DNA of 64,000 nucleotides from Desulfurellales bacterium (GCA_027035575.1 JALVUQ010000048.1:20958-84957), one strand, 5' to 3'. Positions 1-11,548 are shown, counted from the stretch's first letter. A program made the numbers and translations. Notes: a model not told the origin generated them from the letters alone.

Positions 1-2103
1 GTTAAAAACCGATGTGTATGTAGCCGGATTGCTTCTCGGCGTTCTGCCTATGGGCGTCTGGTCTATACTTATTATTTTGTCTATTTTATCCAGATTCACA
101 ATCTCGGCACACAAATCGTCTCTTTTATTTGCAAGAAACGCAGCTTTGGCATATTCATAAAAACAGTCGAAAATCAGGCTGCTTTTTCCGCTTCCCGAAA
201 CCCCCGTAACACAAACAAAAGATTTTATGGGTATATCAACATCGATATTGTCTATATTGTGTATGCGCGCTCTTTTAATCTTCAAAAAAGTTTTGGGTTT
301 GAGAAAATTCTCAGGCGCTTCTATGGACAACTTACCGGATAGATACTTACCGGTAAGCGAGTTGTTATCTTCTTTTATTTTATCAGGGCTTCCCGTCGCC
401 ACAACTCTGCCGCCGTTAATTCCCGCCTGAGGTCCCATATCTATAACATAGTCGGAGTTTTCTATTATGTTTTCATCGTGCTCGACAACCACAACGGTGT
501 TGTCGTTATCTCTCAACTTTTTAAGCGTATTTATCAATCTGTCCGTATCTTTCGGGTGTAAACCGATAGAAGGCTCATCAAGAACATACACAATGCCGCT
601 CAAACCGCTGCCCGCCTGTGTTGCAAGACGTATTCTCTGACTCTCACCGCCTGACAGCGTTGTTGCGCTCCTATCAAGCGTTAAGTAATCAAGCCCCACA
701 TCAAGCAAGAACTCTATTCTTGTTTTTATCTCCTTTAAAACCCGCCCGACTATCTTTTTTTGATTATCATCAAGGCTGTTTTCCACATCAACAAAATATT
801 GTTGCAGGTCTCTTATTTTCATCCTTGTGGCTTCAATTATGTTCTTTTTGTTAATCTTTACCGAAAGGCTCTCTTGATTTAGCCTATATCCGCGGCATAA
901 CGGGCACTCCATATTTTTCATTAATCCCATAATGTCTTTTTTAACCTTCACACTGTCTGTTTCTGCAAACTGCTGAGAAATCAAGGAGATGACCCCATTC
1001 CATCTTTTCCTTATCTTGCTCGACCTGTTGATGGAAAATTCTATTATCTCATCTTTTTTGCCAAATAAAACCATATCTCTTTCTCGTTCGCTCAACTCAT
1101 TAAACGGCGTATAGATGTCTATTTTAAGCTGTTTACAGGCTTGAATCAAAAAAGCCTCATAGTAGGTATAACGCATTTTATTCCATATCTTAAAAACGCC
1201 CTCTCTTATCGACAGGCTTGCATCGGGTATAAGTTTATCCAAATCAAGCTGGTGCTTAACGCCGAGACCGAAACACTCCGGGCAGGCGCCCAAAGGAGAA
1301 TTAAACGAAAAACTTTGCGGTGTAACCGGTTTATAGTTTATACCGCAGTACTGGCAGGCGAAATGCTCGGAAAAAACCTCCTGCTCGTTTGTATCCATAT
1401 CCTTAACGTATAAAACCCCGTTTCCAAGCTCAAGGGCAAGTTCAACGGAATCCGCAACCCTCTCTTCGATGTCTTCCTTTATTTTTAACCTGTCCACAAC
1501 AAGGTAGATATTGTGCTTTCTGTTTTTATCAAGCTCAATCTCTTCATCGAGAAATCGCTCCTGTCCGTCAACCAGTACCCTGACAAACCCTTTGTTTTTA
1601 AACTTTTCAAACTCAGCTTTAAAGGTTCCCTTTCTGTTTACTGCAATTGGGGCAAGCAGCAGCAGCTTTTTATCTTTCTTTTGCAGGATTTTGTCCATTA
1701 TTGTCTGAGGATACTGCTTTTCTATTTTCCGACCGCAAGAGTAGCAAAAAACCTCTCCGATATGCGCAAACAGAAGTCTCATATAGTCATATATTTCCGT
1801 GATGGTTCCTACGGTGGAGCGCGGATTTTTGGATATGCTTTTTTGGTCTATACTTATAGCCGGTGACAAACCCGTTATGCTTTCCACATCCGGTTTTTCT
1901 ATCTTGTCAAGAAACTGCCTTGCGTAGGAGCTGAGCGATTCTATATACCTTCTTTGTCCCTCGGCATACAAAACATCAAAAGCCAAAGTGGATTTACCGC
2001 TGCCTGAGGGACCTGTAATAACGGTTATTTTATATTTTGGTATTTCAACATCTATATTTTTAAGATTGTGGACTTTTGCGCCTTTTATCTTTATAAATTT
2101 CAT
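1..2103 (-). CDS. uvrA: Excinuclease ABC subunit A (UvrA), N-terminal ~700 aa; the gene runs off the window at position 1
   Basis: Absent from the ORF track because there is no stop in the window. Hand translation of the minus strand from the ATG at 2103 gives [64 protein letters not shown]... Later motifs are [31 protein letters not shown] and a second Walker [17 protein letters not shown] start/stop overlap with dnaB. Confidence 0.9.
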   Translation of the reverse strand, partial: MKFIKIKGAKVHNLKNIDVEIPKYKITVITGPSGSGKSTLAFDVLYAEGQRRYIESLSSYARQFLDKIEKPDVESITGLSPAISIDQKSISKNPRSTVGTITEIYDYMRLLFAHIGEVFCYSCGRKIEKQYPQTIMDKILQKKDKKLLLLAPIAVNRKGTFKAEFEKFKNKGFVRVLVDGQERFLDEEIELDKNRKHNIYLVVDRLKIKEDIEERVADSVELALELGNGVLYVKDMDTNEQEVFSEHFACQYCGINYKPVTPQSFSFNSPLGACPECFGLGVKHQLDLDKLIPDASLSIREGVFKIWNKMRYTYYEAFLIQACKQLKIDIYTPFNELSERERDMVLFGKKDEIIEFSINRSSKIRKRWNGVISLISQQFAETDSVKVKKDIMGLMKNMECPLCRGYRLNQESLSVKINKKNIIEATRMKIRDLQQYFVDVENSLDDNQKKIVGRVLKEIKTRIEFLLDVGLDYLTLDRSATTLSGGESQRIRLATQAGSGLSGIVYVLDEPSIGLHPKDTDRLINTLKKLRDNDNTVVVVEHDENIIENSDYVIDMGPQAGINGGRVVATGSPDKIKEDNNSLTGKYLSGKLSIEAPENFLKPKTFLKIKRARIHNIDNIDVDIPIKSFVCVTGVSGSGKSSLIFDCFYEYAKAAFLANKRDDLCAEIVNLDKIDKIISIDQTPIGRTPRSNPATYTSVFN

Positions 2104-3467
2104 AGCGGATTGTTCGAGAACTCTTTCTCTATGACATCCCCTTCTTTATAAAGATTTCTAAATGTGGTTATCTCTTTTTCAAACTGAAGATAGACGGTGC
2201 CTTGAGGTCCGTTTCTCTGTTTTCCTATAATCAGCTCGGCTTTCCCTTTGTTATCTTCCTTGTTTTTGTTATACACCTCGTCTCGGTAGATGAACATTAT
2301 GACATCGGCATCCTGTTCTATCGAGCCCGACTCCCTCAAATCCGCCATAACAGGTCTTTTATCGTCTCTCAATTCAACGCCTCTGTTAAGCTGCGATAAG
2401 GCTATGATTGGTATGTCCAACTCCTTTGCGAGTATCTTCAAAGACCGAGAGATTTCAGATACCTCCTGAACCCTGTTTGCGGAGTTACTGACACGACCGT
2501 GCATAAGCTGGAGGTAGTCTATAATCAACATATCTATATTTTTTTCCATTTTCATCTTTCTTGCTTTGGTTCTAATATCAGCCGATGTTACAAATGAGGC
2601 ATCGTCGATATATATGTTGACTTTTTTAAGTTTGTCAAGCGCCAACACAACCCTGTTCCACTGTTCGTTATTTAAAAAACCGGTTCTTAAATTATAGACA
2701 CCGACGTTGGACAAAGAGGCAAGCATCCTTAAAATTAGCTGCTGTGTTGTCATCTCAAGGCTGAATATGCCTATATTTTTCTTATGCTCAAGGGCTGCAT
2801 TAACGGCAACGTTGATAACAAACGCCGTTTTACCCATACCAGGTCTTCCTGCTATTATGATTAAATCGCCCTTTTGAAAACCGTTGGTCTTTCTGTCCAA
2901 ATCGTTAAACCCCGAAGGAACGCCCGTCAAAACGCTCTCTCTTTTTCTCAAAGCCTCAAGATACTGCATAGTATCTTCTGTCATATCTTCCACAGAAACG
3001 TATTTGCTTGTTTTTTTGCTTGATATGTCAAATATCTTTTTCTCTGCCGCATTTAAAACTTCTTCTATATCCTCAGGGTCATCATAGCAGGATTCCGCAA
3101 TTTCGGCAGATATACCGATAAGCTCTCTCAAAAGCGATTTTTTGTATATGATTTCTGCGTAAAATTTGGCATTTGCAGGAGCCGGAAGATAGTCTATGAT
3201 GCTCGTTAAATAGGATATTCCTACTTTTTCAAACAGACCTTTTTCATCAAGGGCGTTTTTTACGGTTATAAAGTCAAACGGGGTGTTGTTTGAGTAGAGT
3301 TCTTTTAAAATTTCAAACAGATGGGCATTTCTTTCGTCATAGAAATCTTTGGAATCAACTATCTCAAATACATCTGTAAATTTTGAGTTATCCAAAAAGA
3401 GAGAGCACAAAAGCGCTCTCTCGGCTTCTATTGATTGAGGGTAGGTTCTTAAAGACCTATTGCTCAT
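2100..3467 (-). CDS. dnaB: Replicative DNA helicase DnaB
   Basis: 455-aa ORF. N-terminal [11 protein letters not shown], Walker [19 protein letters not shown] and SQLNRGVE motifs. No intein-sized insertion. Confidence 0.95.
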   Translation of the reverse strand: MSNRSLRTYPQSIEAERALLCSLFLDNSKFTDVFEIVDSKDFYDERNAHLFEILKELYSNNTPFDFITVKNALDEKGLFEKVGISYLTSIIDYLPAPANAKFYAEIIYKKSLLRELIGISAEIAESCYDDPEDIEEVLNAAEKKIFDISSKKTSKYVSVEDMTEDTMQYLEALRKRESVLTGVPSGFNDLDRKTNGFQKGDLIIIAGRPGMGKTAFVINVAVNAALEHKKNIGIFSLEMTTQQLILRMLASLSNVGVYNLRTGFLNNEQWNRVVLALDKLKKVNIYIDDASFVTSADIRTKARKMKMEKNIDMLIIDYLQLMHGRVSNSANRVQEVSEISRSLKILAKELDIPIIALSQLNRGVELRDDKRPVMADLRESGSIEQDADVIMFIYRDEVYNKNKEDNKGKAELIIGKQRNGPQGTVYLQFEKEITTFRNLYKEGDVIEKEFSNNPL

Positions 3468-3912
3468 CAGCAGGTTTTACAACAACTTTGAAAGAAGCTT
3501 TAATGTCTCTGTATATGGCAATTTCAACATCGTGCTCGCCGACTGTTTTGATACCGCCATCAGGCAGCTTTATATCCTTTTTGTCTATTCCTTTGGCTTT
3601 GTCCTTAATCTGCTCAAAAATATCCGCTGCCGTAACGGAACCGAACAGCCTGCCCTTTTCTCCGGCTTTTGCTTCGACCTCAACGGTTATGCCGTCCAAA
3701 GCCTCTTTTATTTTATTTGCAGATTCTATTCTTTTTTCTACCTTTCTTAGAATGCTCTGCCTTCTCTCCTCAACAAGTTTGAGGTTATTTTTCGTAGCCT
3801 GCAAAACCTTGCCCTTAGGGATGAGGTAATTTCTTGCATATCCGTCTTTAACCTCTTTTATGTCTCCCGCATATCCGAGATTTTCCACATCTTCAAGAAG
3901 AACTATTTTCAT
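3457..3912 (-). CDS. rplI: 50S ribosomal protein L9
   Basis: 151 aa. MKIVLLEDVENLGYAGDIKEVKDGYARNYLIPKG is the L9 N-terminal signature. Sits in the conserved rpsF-ssb-rpsR-rplI order. Confidence 0.95.
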   Translation of the reverse strand: MKIVLLEDVENLGYAGDIKEVKDGYARNYLIPKGKVLQATKNNLKLVEERRQSILRKVEKRIESANKIKEALDGITVEVEAKAGEKGRLFGSVTAADIFEQIKDKAKGIDKKDIKLPDGGIKTVGEHDVEIAIYRDIKASFKVVVKPADEQ

Positions 3913-3921
3913 TTTAACCTC

Positions 3922-4182
3922 CTATCCCTTCAACTTCCTGCTGACGGTAAACGGCATTAAAGCCATATATCTTGCCCTTTTAATGGCTTTTGTCAGCATT
4001 CTTTGATGTTTTGCGCAGGTTGCCGTTGTTTTTCTTCCTATTATTTTATACCTCTCGGTTACATATCTTGAGAGCAAACCGGTATCCTTATAATCTATCT
4101 CGTCCATCTTGTTTGAGCAAAAATGACAAAATTTCTTTTTCGGGTATCTGAAAAACCTTTTTTTTCTTTTATTATTGTACAT
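3922..4182 (-). CDS. rpsR: 30S ribosomal protein S18
   Basis: 86 aa and basic. Contains [25 protein letters not shown]...[20 protein letters not shown]. Confidence 0.95.
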   Translation of the reverse strand: MYNNKRKKRFFRYPKKKFCHFCSNKMDEIDYKDTGLLSRYVTERYKIIGRKTTATCAKHQRMLTKAIKRARYMALMPFTVSRKLKG

Positions 4183-4203
4183 CTATCTTTACCTCCATAA
4201 TTT

Positions 4204-4605
4204 TTAAAACGGTATATCTTCGTCTTCCGCCGGTGAGGCGATGTCAGAATCCGCAGCATCGGCAGACTTGGTTTTATAAGACAAAAATTGAAAGTTGTTC
4301 AACACTATTTCGTGCTTTGAGCGCTTGTTTCCGTTGTTATCTTCCCAACTTCTGAAACGCAGCCTTCCCTCGATAAAAACGGGTGAGCCTTTTTTTAAGT
4401 ATTCTGCTATCGTCTCAGCCTGTCTGCCGAAAGAAACAACATCAACAAAAAGCGTCTCTGTTTTCTGGTTTCCCGAATCGTCCCTGCCAATCGGCGTATT
4501 AACCGCCAACCCGAAAGATGCTATCCCCAAACCGCTCGGCGTATATCTTAATTCGGGGTCACGCGTAAGATTCCCCATCAAAAAAACCTTATTCAGATTC
4601 GCCAT
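4204..4605 (-). CDS. ssb: Single-stranded DNA-binding protein
   Basis: OB-fold N-terminus MANLNKVFLMGNLTRDPELRYTPSG and acidic C-terminal tip DEDIPF. I prefer the ATG at 4605 over the ORF-track start at 4641, which adds an implausible MQAIKNRKRKKI extension. Confidence 0.9.
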   Translation of the reverse strand: MANLNKVFLMGNLTRDPELRYTPSGLGIASFGLAVNTPIGRDDSGNQKTETLFVDVVSFGRQAETIAEYLKKGSPVFIEGRLRFRSWEDNNGNKRSKHEIVLNNFQFLSYKTKSADAADSDIASPAEDEDIPF

Positions 4606-4933
4606 TATCTTCTTTCTCTTTCTGTTTTTGATAGCCTGCAATGTCTTTTTTGAGCATCGTCGTCGTCATAAACCTCAAGATATCCTCTTTGATTCTCATC
4701 TTCTCTTCCAATATCTTCGGCAAGCCGGGCTGCGCCTTAAAGTGAACAAGAACATAATACCCCTGCTTAAATTTTTTAATAGGGTAAGCCAAGGTTCTTT
4801 TCTGCCAAACCTCGTTTTTAAGCAGTTCTCCGCCTGATTTTGTGATAAGCGATGCCATATCGTCCGTAATGGATTTCAACTCTTCTTCTGCAAGAGTCGG
4901 TCGGACGATGTAGAGTAGCTCGTAATAATTCAT
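4589..4933 (-). CDS. rpsF: 30S ribosomal protein S6
   Basis: 114 aa. MNYYELLYIVRPTLAEEELKSI is a typical S6 start. AGGAGG sits 6 nt upstream of the ATG. First gene of the S6-SSB-S18-L9 cluster. Confidence 0.95.
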   Translation of the reverse strand: MNYYELLYIVRPTLAEEELKSITDDMASLITKSGGELLKNEVWQKRTLAYPIKKFKQGYYVLVHFKAQPGLPKILEEKMRIKEDILRFMTTTMLKKDIAGYQKQKEKEDNGESE

Positions 4934-4955
4934 ACAACCTCCTTTTGGTCAAATG

Positions 4956-4984
4956 GCTTCCCTTTAAGTATTTTTTTGGGAAGC
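4956..4984 (-). promoter_or_regulatory. Candidate hairpin in the rpsF 5' leader
   Basis: On the minus strand, GCUUCCC-(15 nt A/U-rich loop)-GGGAAGC forms a 7-bp stem. It ends 12 nt upstream of the rpsF Shine-Dalgarno. Confidence 0.3.
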
Positions 4985-5000
4985 AAGGAATTAGCCTTTA

Positions 5001-5029
5001 ATAATACTCAAACAAAACAAAAAAATCAA
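5001..5029 (-). promoter_or_regulatory. Candidate sigma70-type promoter of the rpsF operon
   Basis: Minus strand TTGATT - 17 nt - TATTAT, about 65 nt upstream of the rpsF ATG. Confidence 0.35.
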
Positions 5030-5159
5030 ATAGTTTGAAAATATTTCATCAAGACCGAATAAATACGTTCTATCCAAGTTCCACAAAAAACTTGCGCTTT
5101 TTTCCGTTTTGTTTTAAATTTCTAAAGTTTAAAAAGAATTATCGTTTAAGGGGGGAGCG

Positions 5160-6008
5160 TTGAAAATTTCAGAAATTTTAAAGGAAAAAAGCCAGACAAT
5201 ATCTTTTGAATTTTTCCCGCCAAAGAAAATCGAGAACGAGCAAACGTTATTTAATACAATTGAAATTTTAAAAGATTACAAACCGGATTTTGTTTCCATA
5301 ACATACGGAGCAGGCGGAGGCACAAAAGATAAAACCCTTGAGTGGACGCTTAGGCTAAAAAACGAATATTCGCTTAATCCTATGATGCATTTAACCTGCG
5401 TCACATCAACAAAAAGCGGTATTGACGGGATTGTTGATGCTCTTTTAAAGGGCAATATAGACAATATTCTCGCCCTAAGAGGGGATTTGCCTCAAGATTT
5501 AAAAGACAATAAGATGGAGTTTAAGTATGCCTATCAACTCGTTGAATACTTAAAAAACAAAGGCGAATTTTCAATCGGTGTTGCAGGCTATCCCGAAGGA
5601 CATCCCGAATCAAAAACCCTCGAAGAAGATGTCGAATATCTGAAGATGAAGATAGAGGCGGGCGGGCAATTTATAATAACACAACTGTTTTTTGACAATG
5701 TTCATTTCTTCTCTTTTTTGGACAGGCTTGAAAAACATAAAATAGATGTTCCTGTTTTGGCAGGAATTATGCCGGTATTGAATATTTCTCAAATGCAGAG
5801 GTTTGTCGATATGTGCCAGGCGAGCATACCAAACAAACTAAGAGAAAATCTTAGCGGCAAAAGCAAGGAGGATATGTATAAAATCGGCGTGGAGTATGCT
5901 ATAAAGCAGTGTGAAGAGTTAATAGAAAACGGCGTTAAAGGGCTGCATTTTTATACGCTAAATAAATATAACGCAACAAAAGACATTCTTGAGGCTTTAA
6001 ACCTTTAA
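5160..6008 (+). CDS. metF: 5,10-methylenetetrahydrofolate reductase
   Basis: 282 aa. SFEFFPPK...FVSITYGAGGGTKDKT...HLTCV...ILALRGDLPQ matches MTHFR hallmarks. TTG start preceded by AAGGGGGGA. Confidence 0.9.
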   Translation: MKISEILKEKSQTISFEFFPPKKIENEQTLFNTIEILKDYKPDFVSITYGAGGGTKDKTLEWTLRLKNEYSLNPMMHLTCVTSTKSGIDGIVDALLKGNIDNILALRGDLPQDLKDNKMEFKYAYQLVEYLKNKGEFSIGVAGYPEGHPESKTLEEDVEYLKMKIEAGGQFIITQLFFDNVHFFSFLDRLEKHKIDVPVLAGIMPVLNISQMQRFVDMCQASIPNKLRENLSGKSKEDMYKIGVEYAIKQCEELIENGVKGLHFYTLNKYNATKDILEALNL

Positions 6009-6076
6009 ATTAGTCGGATGTCCGTTGGAACGCTGCCTCAAGTCAAACGTTTTGAATGTGAAATGATATAAAACAC

Positions 6077-6104
6077 TTGAAAAGACAAAAAGTATTACTA
6101 TAAT
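6077..6104 (+). promoter_or_regulatory. Candidate sigma70-type promoter for mobA-rpoD-rluB
   Basis: TTGAAA - 16 nt - TATAAT, about 30 nt upstream of the mobA start. Confidence 0.5.
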
Positions 6105-6134
6105 TTCGCTTTGCTTGTTTTTTAGGAGCTGATT

Positions 6135-6731
6135 TTGGAAATTTCCTGTATAGTTTTGTGCGGCGGTCAATCGAGAAGAATGGGGACAAATAAGGCGTTA
6201 ATAAAGATTGACGGCGTTGCTATTATAGAAAGGGCTATTCAAGAGTTAAAAAAAATATCTAAAAATATTGTTGTGGTGGTTGACAAAAAGGAAAAGTATG
6301 CTCAAATTACTAAATATGAAGGTGTTAAAATTTTCGAGGATGAAAATAGAGATGTTGGGCCCGTTGAGGGTATGCGAATCGGGCTTAAACATATAGACAA
6401 ACATAGCGCCTTCATATGCGCCTGTGATATGCCTTTTATTCAAGGTGATTGCGTGAAAGAACTTTACGGCTACAAAACGAATGATATATATTGTGTGGTT
6501 CCTCGTGTAAACGGGAAATTACATCCTCTACACGGCATTTATGACAAAAAAGCCTACGGAGTGCTATCCGATATGGTTAAAACGGATAAAAAAAGGATAG
6601 TGTATCTGTTTGATAGAGCAAAAACAGAGATAGTGGAAGTTTGCGATTGCAATTTGGAACTATCTTTAACTAACGTAAACAATCCTGAAGACCTTGAGAG
6701 TATAAAGAAAAGGGGTGTTGTGTATGGATAG
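6135..6731 (+). CDS. mobA: Molybdenum cofactor guanylyltransferase
   Basis: 198 aa. N-terminal [19 protein letters not shown] nucleotidyltransferase motif. TTG start 6 nt after AGGAG. Confidence 0.85.
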   Translation: MEISCIVLCGGQSRRMGTNKALIKIDGVAIIERAIQELKKISKNIVVVVDKKEKYAQITKYEGVKIFEDENRDVGPVEGMRIGLKHIDKHSAFICACDMPFIQGDCVKELYGYKTNDIYCVVPRVNGKLHPLHGIYDKKAYGVLSDMVKTDKKRIVYLFDRAKTEIVEVCDCNLELSLTNVNNPEDLESIKKRGVVYG

Positions 6732-8205
6732 AATGGTTAGTAAAGAGGTGTTTAGTAAGGTCATCGACGAGGGAAAGAAGAAGGGCTATGTAACATACGA
6801 CGAGATAAACGACATTCTGCCGGAAGGCATAAGCGTTGATGACATCGACTCCCTTATGCAAACCTGTGACGATATGGATATAAGCATCATCGATACGGAC
6901 AAGGTTTCGCTTGATGATTTAAACCTCAAAAAGAGTTTGAAGATTGAAGAATCCGAGGAGATAAGCAGCGCAATAAGGATGTATTTAAGAGAGATGGGCA
7001 ACATTTCCCTTTTAAGCAGAGAAGAAGAGATTGAGATTGCAAAGGAGATAGAGGAACACAAAAGCAATCTGACAAGAAGAATAATAGAGATACCCTTTAC
7101 CTGTTCCAGCATAGTTAAGTTAAAAGAGGATATTCTTGCGGGTGAAGCAAAAGTTAAAAATATATCCAACGCACTGGATTTGACATATGACGACGGGAAT
7201 GATGATTCTGACGAAGACCACACATCGAAAGAAACGTTTATCAAGATACTCGACGGAATCATAGAAAAATACTATATGCTCGAAAAAGCAGACTCCCAAG
7301 ACGATAAATATGCCATTAAAGAAAGCATTTTTAACGATTTTCTCGACATTTCTTTAAGCGACAGATTTATAAACAAGATGATAGATTCGTTTAAAGAAGA
7401 GGTTTTTAGAAATAAAGAGATGGAAAACAGGGACGAGCTGCTCGATATGCTCTCTGAGATAGAAAAGGAAAAAATACGTGTTGAAAACGCCAAGCAAAAA
7501 ATGATTAAAGCAAATTTAAGGCTCGTTGTATCCATAGCAAAAAAACACCTAAACAGAGGGCTCTCTTTTTTGGATTTGATACAAGAGGGCAACATAGGTC
7601 TTATGAAATCGGTAGATAAATTCGATTACAGAAAGGGCTTTAAATTTTCAACATACGCTACTTGGTGGATAAGACAGTCCATCTCAAGGGCAATAGCAGA
7701 CCAGGCAAGAACAATCAGAATCCCCGTTCATATGATTGAAACAATAAATAAAATTGTCAGGGCTTCAAAGCTGTTGATACAAAAATACGGAAGAGAGCCT
7801 ACAACGCCGGAATTGGCGGAATATCTCAATATGGATGCCGATAAAATAAAAGGAATAATAAAAATAGCCAAAGAACCCATCTCGTTGGAGACACCCGTCG
7901 GAGACGACAACGATACCCACCTCGAAGATTTTATTGAAGACAAAAAGGCAAAGCTGCCCATCGACGTTACAATAGAAGAGAGCCTGAAAGAAAAAATAGA
8001 GGATGTGTTTTCAACTTTAACCGAAAGGGAAGAAAAGGTTTTGAGAATGAGATTCGGCATAGGAGACGGCTCCGACCATACACTCGAAGAGGTGGGTAGA
8101 GTGCTTGGAGTAACAAGAGAAAGGGTCAGACAGATAGAGGCAAAAGCCATTAGAAAATTGAGGCATCCCAAAAGAAGCAGGGAGCTCGCGAGCTTCAACG
8201 AGTGA
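6724..8205 (+). CDS. rpoD: Primary RNA polymerase sigma factor (sigma70 family)
   Basis: Region 2 [36 protein letters not shown], region 3, and region 4 [30 protein letters not shown]. The ORF-track start is a GTG at 6715. The ATG at 6724 is better spaced from the AAAGGGG Shine-Dalgarno. Overlaps the mobA stop. Confidence 0.92.
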   Translation: MDRMVSKEVFSKVIDEGKKKGYVTYDEINDILPEGISVDDIDSLMQTCDDMDISIIDTDKVSLDDLNLKKSLKIEESEEISSAIRMYLREMGNISLLSREEEIEIAKEIEEHKSNLTRRIIEIPFTCSSIVKLKEDILAGEAKVKNISNALDLTYDDGNDDSDEDHTSKETFIKILDGIIEKYYMLEKADSQDDKYAIKESIFNDFLDISLSDRFINKMIDSFKEEVFRNKEMENRDELLDMLSEIEKEKIRVENAKQKMIKANLRLVVSIAKKHLNRGLSFLDLIQEGNIGLMKSVDKFDYRKGFKFSTYATWWIRQSISRAIADQARTIRIPVHMIETINKIVRASKLLIQKYGREPTTPELAEYLNMDADKIKGIIKIAKEPISLETPVGDDNDTHLEDFIEDKKAKLPIDVTIEESLKEKIEDVFSTLTEREEKVLRMRFGIGDGSDHTLEEVGRVLGVTRERVRQIEAKAIRKLRHPKRSRELASFNE

Positions 8206-8900
8206 GAATAAATAAATTTATAGCAAGCTGCATAAACGTATCAAGAAGAGATGCGGATAAACTCATTAAAAACGGACGCATAAAACTAAACGGCAGAACT
8301 TTATACGATTTTGTTCAAATAGACCCCCTGCAGGATATCGTTGAGTTGGACGGTGAAATATTAAGCCTTCAAAAGGATAAACTATATTTCGCTTTTAATA
8401 AGCCGCCGTTTGTATTGAGCGCCACAAAAGACAGCACGAATAAGGCTGTTGTGTGCGACTATTTTAAAGACATAGACTCTAAACTAATCTGCGTGGGAAG
8501 GCTTGATTACCTCTCTGAGGGGCTGCTGATTGTTACAAATGACGGCGAGTTTGCAAACAAAATTATGCACCCGAGATTTAAGATAAGAAAAACCTACCTT
8601 ATAAAAACCAAAGAACCCCTCAATAAAAGCACTCTAAATAAACTTGCCGAGGGCGCACATCTCGAAGACGGGTTTTTTAAACCTCTAAGCGCCAAACAAA
8701 CAAAAGACCCTCTATGGGTTGTGGTTTCCATAGACAGCGGTAAAAACAGAATCCTAAGAAGACTATTTGCTTATTTTGACATACCTTTATCAAGGCTTAA
8801 AAGAATAGCCATAGGCAACATAGAGTTAGGCTCTCTCAAAGCCGGGGAGTATAGAGCGCTCACAACCGACGAAGTGCAAAACATACTGTCCCCAAAATAA
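8202..8900 (+). CDS. Pseudouridine synthase, RsuA/RluB/RluF family, with N-terminal S4 domain
   Basis: 232 aa. S4-like [31 protein letters not shown] and catalytic [30 protein letters not shown] overlap with the rpoD stop. Confidence 0.85.
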   Translation: MRINKFIASCINVSRRDADKLIKNGRIKLNGRTLYDFVQIDPLQDIVELDGEILSLQKDKLYFAFNKPPFVLSATKDSTNKAVVCDYFKDIDSKLICVGRLDYLSEGLLIVTNDGEFANKIMHPRFKIRKTYLIKTKEPLNKSTLNKLAEGAHLEDGFFKPLSAKQTKDPLWVVVSIDSGKNRILRRLFAYFDIPLSRLKRIAIGNIELGSLKAGEYRALTTDEVQNILSPK

Positions 8901-8979
8901 AAAAGGTTGAATTTTGCTTAATTTGTAAGTTATTAATTAACTTCCTTATTTTTATATATGATTTTTTACAGATATTCTA

Positions 8980-9007
8980 TTGACATAAGACTTCTTTAGT
9001 GTAGAAT
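8980..9007 (+). promoter_or_regulatory. Candidate sigma70-type promoter of the nuo operon
   Basis: TTGACA (8980-8985) - 16 nt - TAGAAT (9002-9007), about 44 nt upstream of the nuoA ATG, inside a 150-bp AT-rich spacer. Confidence 0.55.
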
Positions 9008-9050
9008 TCTCATTGGCTTATATGGAAAATAATTTTAAGGAGGTTGGAGT

Positions 9051-9401
9051 ATGCTCGAATGGCTGACTGCTGGCGTAACCGTCTTTATTACGGTAATCCT
9101 ATTTGCCGTTATACTTGGTTTGGCGCTATACCTGTCTCCTAAAAGGGACTATTTTGTTAAGTCCCAGGTGTATGAATGCGGTATTTTCCCCGTAGCCGAG
9201 ATTAGCAATTTCAATATCAGATTCTTCATAATAGCAATTATATTCACACTCTTTGATATTGAAGCCGTATTCTTATATCCCTGGGCAGTTGACTTTAAGG
9301 GGCTTGGTATGCTGGGAGTTATAGAAATGTTTCTTTTTCTTTTCCTTGTTTTTGTAGGGTGGATTTACGCCTACAAGAAAGGAGCTTTAGAATGGCAGTA
9401 G
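9051..9401 (+). CDS. nuoA: NADH-quinone oxidoreductase (complex I-like) subunit A
   Basis: 116 aa with three hydrophobic segments and an [12 protein letters not shown] motif. First gene of the nuo array. Confidence 0.9.
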   Translation: MLEWLTAGVTVFITVILFAVILGLALYLSPKRDYFVKSQVYECGIFPVAEISNFNIRFFIIAIIFTLFDIEAVFLYPWAVDFKGLGMLGVIEMFLFLFLVFVGWIYAYKKGALEWQ

Positions 9402-9871
9402 ATGTTTTGGGACCCAAGAATGTTGTTGTTACCGCCAAGCTCGACAAACTTGTCAGTTGGGGTAGAAGATGGTCGTTTTGGCCTCTTACTTTTGGTTTGG
9501 CTTGTTGCGCCATCGAAATGATGGCAACAGCCGCTAGTCGTTTCGATATGTCTCGAATAGGCGCTGAGGTTTACAGACCCTCTCCGAGACACGCAGATTT
9601 AATGATAGTAGCGGGAACCCTGACAAAGAAAATGGCTCCTGTTTTAAGAAGACTGTATGACCAGATGCCGCATCCCAAATGGGTTATTTCAATGGGCAGT
9701 TGTGCAAACTCAGGCGGTATATTCGATACATACAGCGTAACGCAGGGGGTAGATTTAATCGTTCCTGTGGACATCTATGTTCCCGGCTGTCCTCCTACAC
9801 CGGAAACTCTATACGATGCCCTGCTGAAGTTGCAGGATAAGGTAAGAAAGGGAGGGTCACTCAATGCTTGA
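9392..9871 (+). CDS. nuoB: Complex I subunit B (20 kDa, N2 cluster)
   Basis: [19 protein letters not shown] and VPGCPP cysteine motifs. The ATG at 9392 has GGAG 7 nt upstream, so I prefer it to the ORF-track start at 9359. Confidence 0.92.
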   Translation: MAVDVLGPKNVVVTAKLDKLVSWGRRWSFWPLTFGLACCAIEMMATAASRFDMSRIGAEVYRPSPRHADLMIVAGTLTKKMAPVLRRLYDQMPHPKWVISMGSCANSGGIFDTYSVTQGVDLIVPVDIYVPGCPPTPETLYDALLKLQDKVRKGGSLNA

Positions 9872-10406
9872 TGAAAAGATTATTGCAAGTTTACAGAACA
9901 GATTTAAAGAAAATATTGTCGAGGTCGGTGAATCGTGCGGAGATTCGATTGTTACCGTTGAACTTAACTCGCTTCACGATGTTCTGTCTTTTTTAAAAAA
10001 AGAGCTCTCTTTCGACTATCTCCTTTTCATAACAGCTACCGACAACCCGAAAAGAGAGGGAAAACGTTTTGATGTTGTCTATCAGTTACGTTCGACAGAG
10101 ACATTGGACGAAATCAGAATAAAGGCTGCTGTTGAAGAGGGTGAAGAGGTTGAAAGCGTAACTGATATATGGGTATCCGCAATAGGGGATGAATGTGAAA
10201 CCTACGATATGTTCGGTATATGGTTCAAAAATCACAAAGGACCCGGAGGCGAAGGATTGAGAAGAGCCTTTATGCCGGATGACTGGAATGGCCACCCGCT
10301 CAGGAAAGATTATCCGCTCAAAGGGGACGATTTCTCCGACCAATGGGTAGAAAAACTATTGCCTGAGGGACAACGCCATCAACCTGATCACACAAGGATG
10401 CCTTAG
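9864..10406 (+). CDS. nuoC: Complex I subunit C (30 kDa)
   Basis: 180 aa with [13 protein letters not shown]...LRKDYPL motifs. A separate gene, not fused to nuoD. Confidence 0.88.
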   Translation: MLDEKIIASLQNRFKENIVEVGESCGDSIVTVELNSLHDVLSFLKKELSFDYLLFITATDNPKREGKRFDVVYQLRSTETLDEIRIKAAVEEGEEVESVTDIWVSAIGDECETYDMFGIWFKNHKGPGGEGLRRAFMPDDWNGHPLRKDYPLKGDDFSDQWVEKLLPEGQRHQPDHTRMP

Positions 10407-10414
10407 GGGGTAAG

Positions 10415-11536
10415 ATGAGTAGTTCAGATATTAGAACCGTAGAACTTAATATGGGTCCTCAACACCCGAGTACACACGGAGTTTTGAGACTTATATTGAG
10501 GATAAACGGTGAAAAGATAGAAAATATTTTTCCGAGAGTGGGTTATCTGCACAGAGGCATTGAAAAGCTCGCCGAGAATATGACCTACCAGCAGTTTACT
10601 CCGGTTACGGACAGACTTGATTACGTCTATAGTATGAACAACAACTTCGCTTACGCCTCATCCGTAGAAAAACTTCTCGGTGTTACAGACCAGGTTCCCG
10701 AAAGAGCTCAATACATCAGGGTCATTGTTGCCGAGCTCGACAGAATAGCAAATCACCTCGTATGGCTTGCAACACACGCGCTTGATATAGGAGCTATGAC
10801 ACCCTATTTCTACTGTATGAGAGAAAGGGAGCTAATCCTCGATATGTTTGAAGAAATATCAGGTGCAAGGCTGTTGTACAACTATGTGAGGATAGGCGGC
10901 GTTGCCAAAGACATAACTCCGCGTTTTACGGATATGCTTAAAGAATTTGTCAAGATTTTCCCCAAAAGATGGAAAGAGTATGATACTCTGCTTACCAAAA
11001 ACCGCATCTGGATGAAAAGAACCAAGGATGTTGCCGTTATAAGCACAGAAGACGCCATTAATTGGGGATTGTCAGGACCTTCGTTAAGAGGCAGCAATAT
11101 GGAGTGGGATTTAAGGAAAAAGAAACCCTATTCGGTCTATCCCGAGCTTGAGTTTGATATTCCTTACTATTCCGAAGGTGATGTTTATGCAAGATACTTG
11201 GTCAGAATGGAAGAGATGCTGCAAAGCAACAGAATACTCGAACAGTGTATAGAAAAAATCCCGGACGGTCCCACAATGATGGATGATTTTAAAAAGGTAT
11301 CAAAACCGATTAAGCCTCCTGCAGGAGAGGCGTACGGATACAACGAGGTGCCCGGCGGCGAGCTTGGTTTTTATATCGTAAGCGAAGGAAAAAACAAGCC
11401 CCACAGAATGAAAATCAGGGCTCCGTCTTTTGTTCATGCATATGCCATTCCTTTTGCATCAAAAGGATATCTGATTTCCGATGTTGTGGCGGTTATAGGA
11501 AGTTTTGACGTTGTATTCGGTGAATGCGATAGGTAG
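10415..11536 (+). CDS. nuoD: Complex I subunit D (49 kDa)
   Basis: 373 aa. NMGPQHPSTHGVLRL near the N-terminus, RIRAPSF-like MKIRAPSFVH, and C-terminal VVFGECDR. Confidence 0.93.
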   Translation: MSSSDIRTVELNMGPQHPSTHGVLRLILRINGEKIENIFPRVGYLHRGIEKLAENMTYQQFTPVTDRLDYVYSMNNNFAYASSVEKLLGVTDQVPERAQYIRVIVAELDRIANHLVWLATHALDIGAMTPYFYCMRERELILDMFEEISGARLLYNYVRIGGVAKDITPRFTDMLKEFVKIFPKRWKEYDTLLTKNRIWMKRTKDVAVISTEDAINWGLSGPSLRGSNMEWDLRKKKPYSVYPELEFDIPYYSEGDVYARYLVRMEEMLQSNRILEQCIEKIPDGPTMMDDFKKVSKPIKPPAGEAYGYNEVPGGELGFYIVSEGKNKPHRMKIRAPSFVHAYAIPFASKGYLISDVVAVIGSFDVVFGECDR

Positions 11537-11548
11537 TGAGGTGAAAAT

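Noticed and set aside
1-2100. The ORF track shows no long ORF here, which looks like non-coding DNA or a decayed gene. I also briefly suspected a frameshift at the A6/T6 run near 284-289.
   Set aside because: Hand translation of the minus strand gives an uninterrupted UvrA reading frame from the ATG at 2103 to the window edge. The apparent frameshift came from my miscount of the homopolymer, which has 6 residues, not 7. The ORF is missing from the track only because it has no stop inside the window.
4934-5159. The divergent rpsF/metF spacer (226 bp) as an alternative oriC. I also checked it for a riboswitch upstream of metF.
   Set aside because: Only 6-of-9 DnaA-box matches are present (for example CTATCCAAG and AGTTCCACA), and there is no repeat or A-tract organisation. 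I recognised no SAM/THF-riboswitch-like conserved segments. The space is adequately explained by two divergent promoters plus the rpsF leader.
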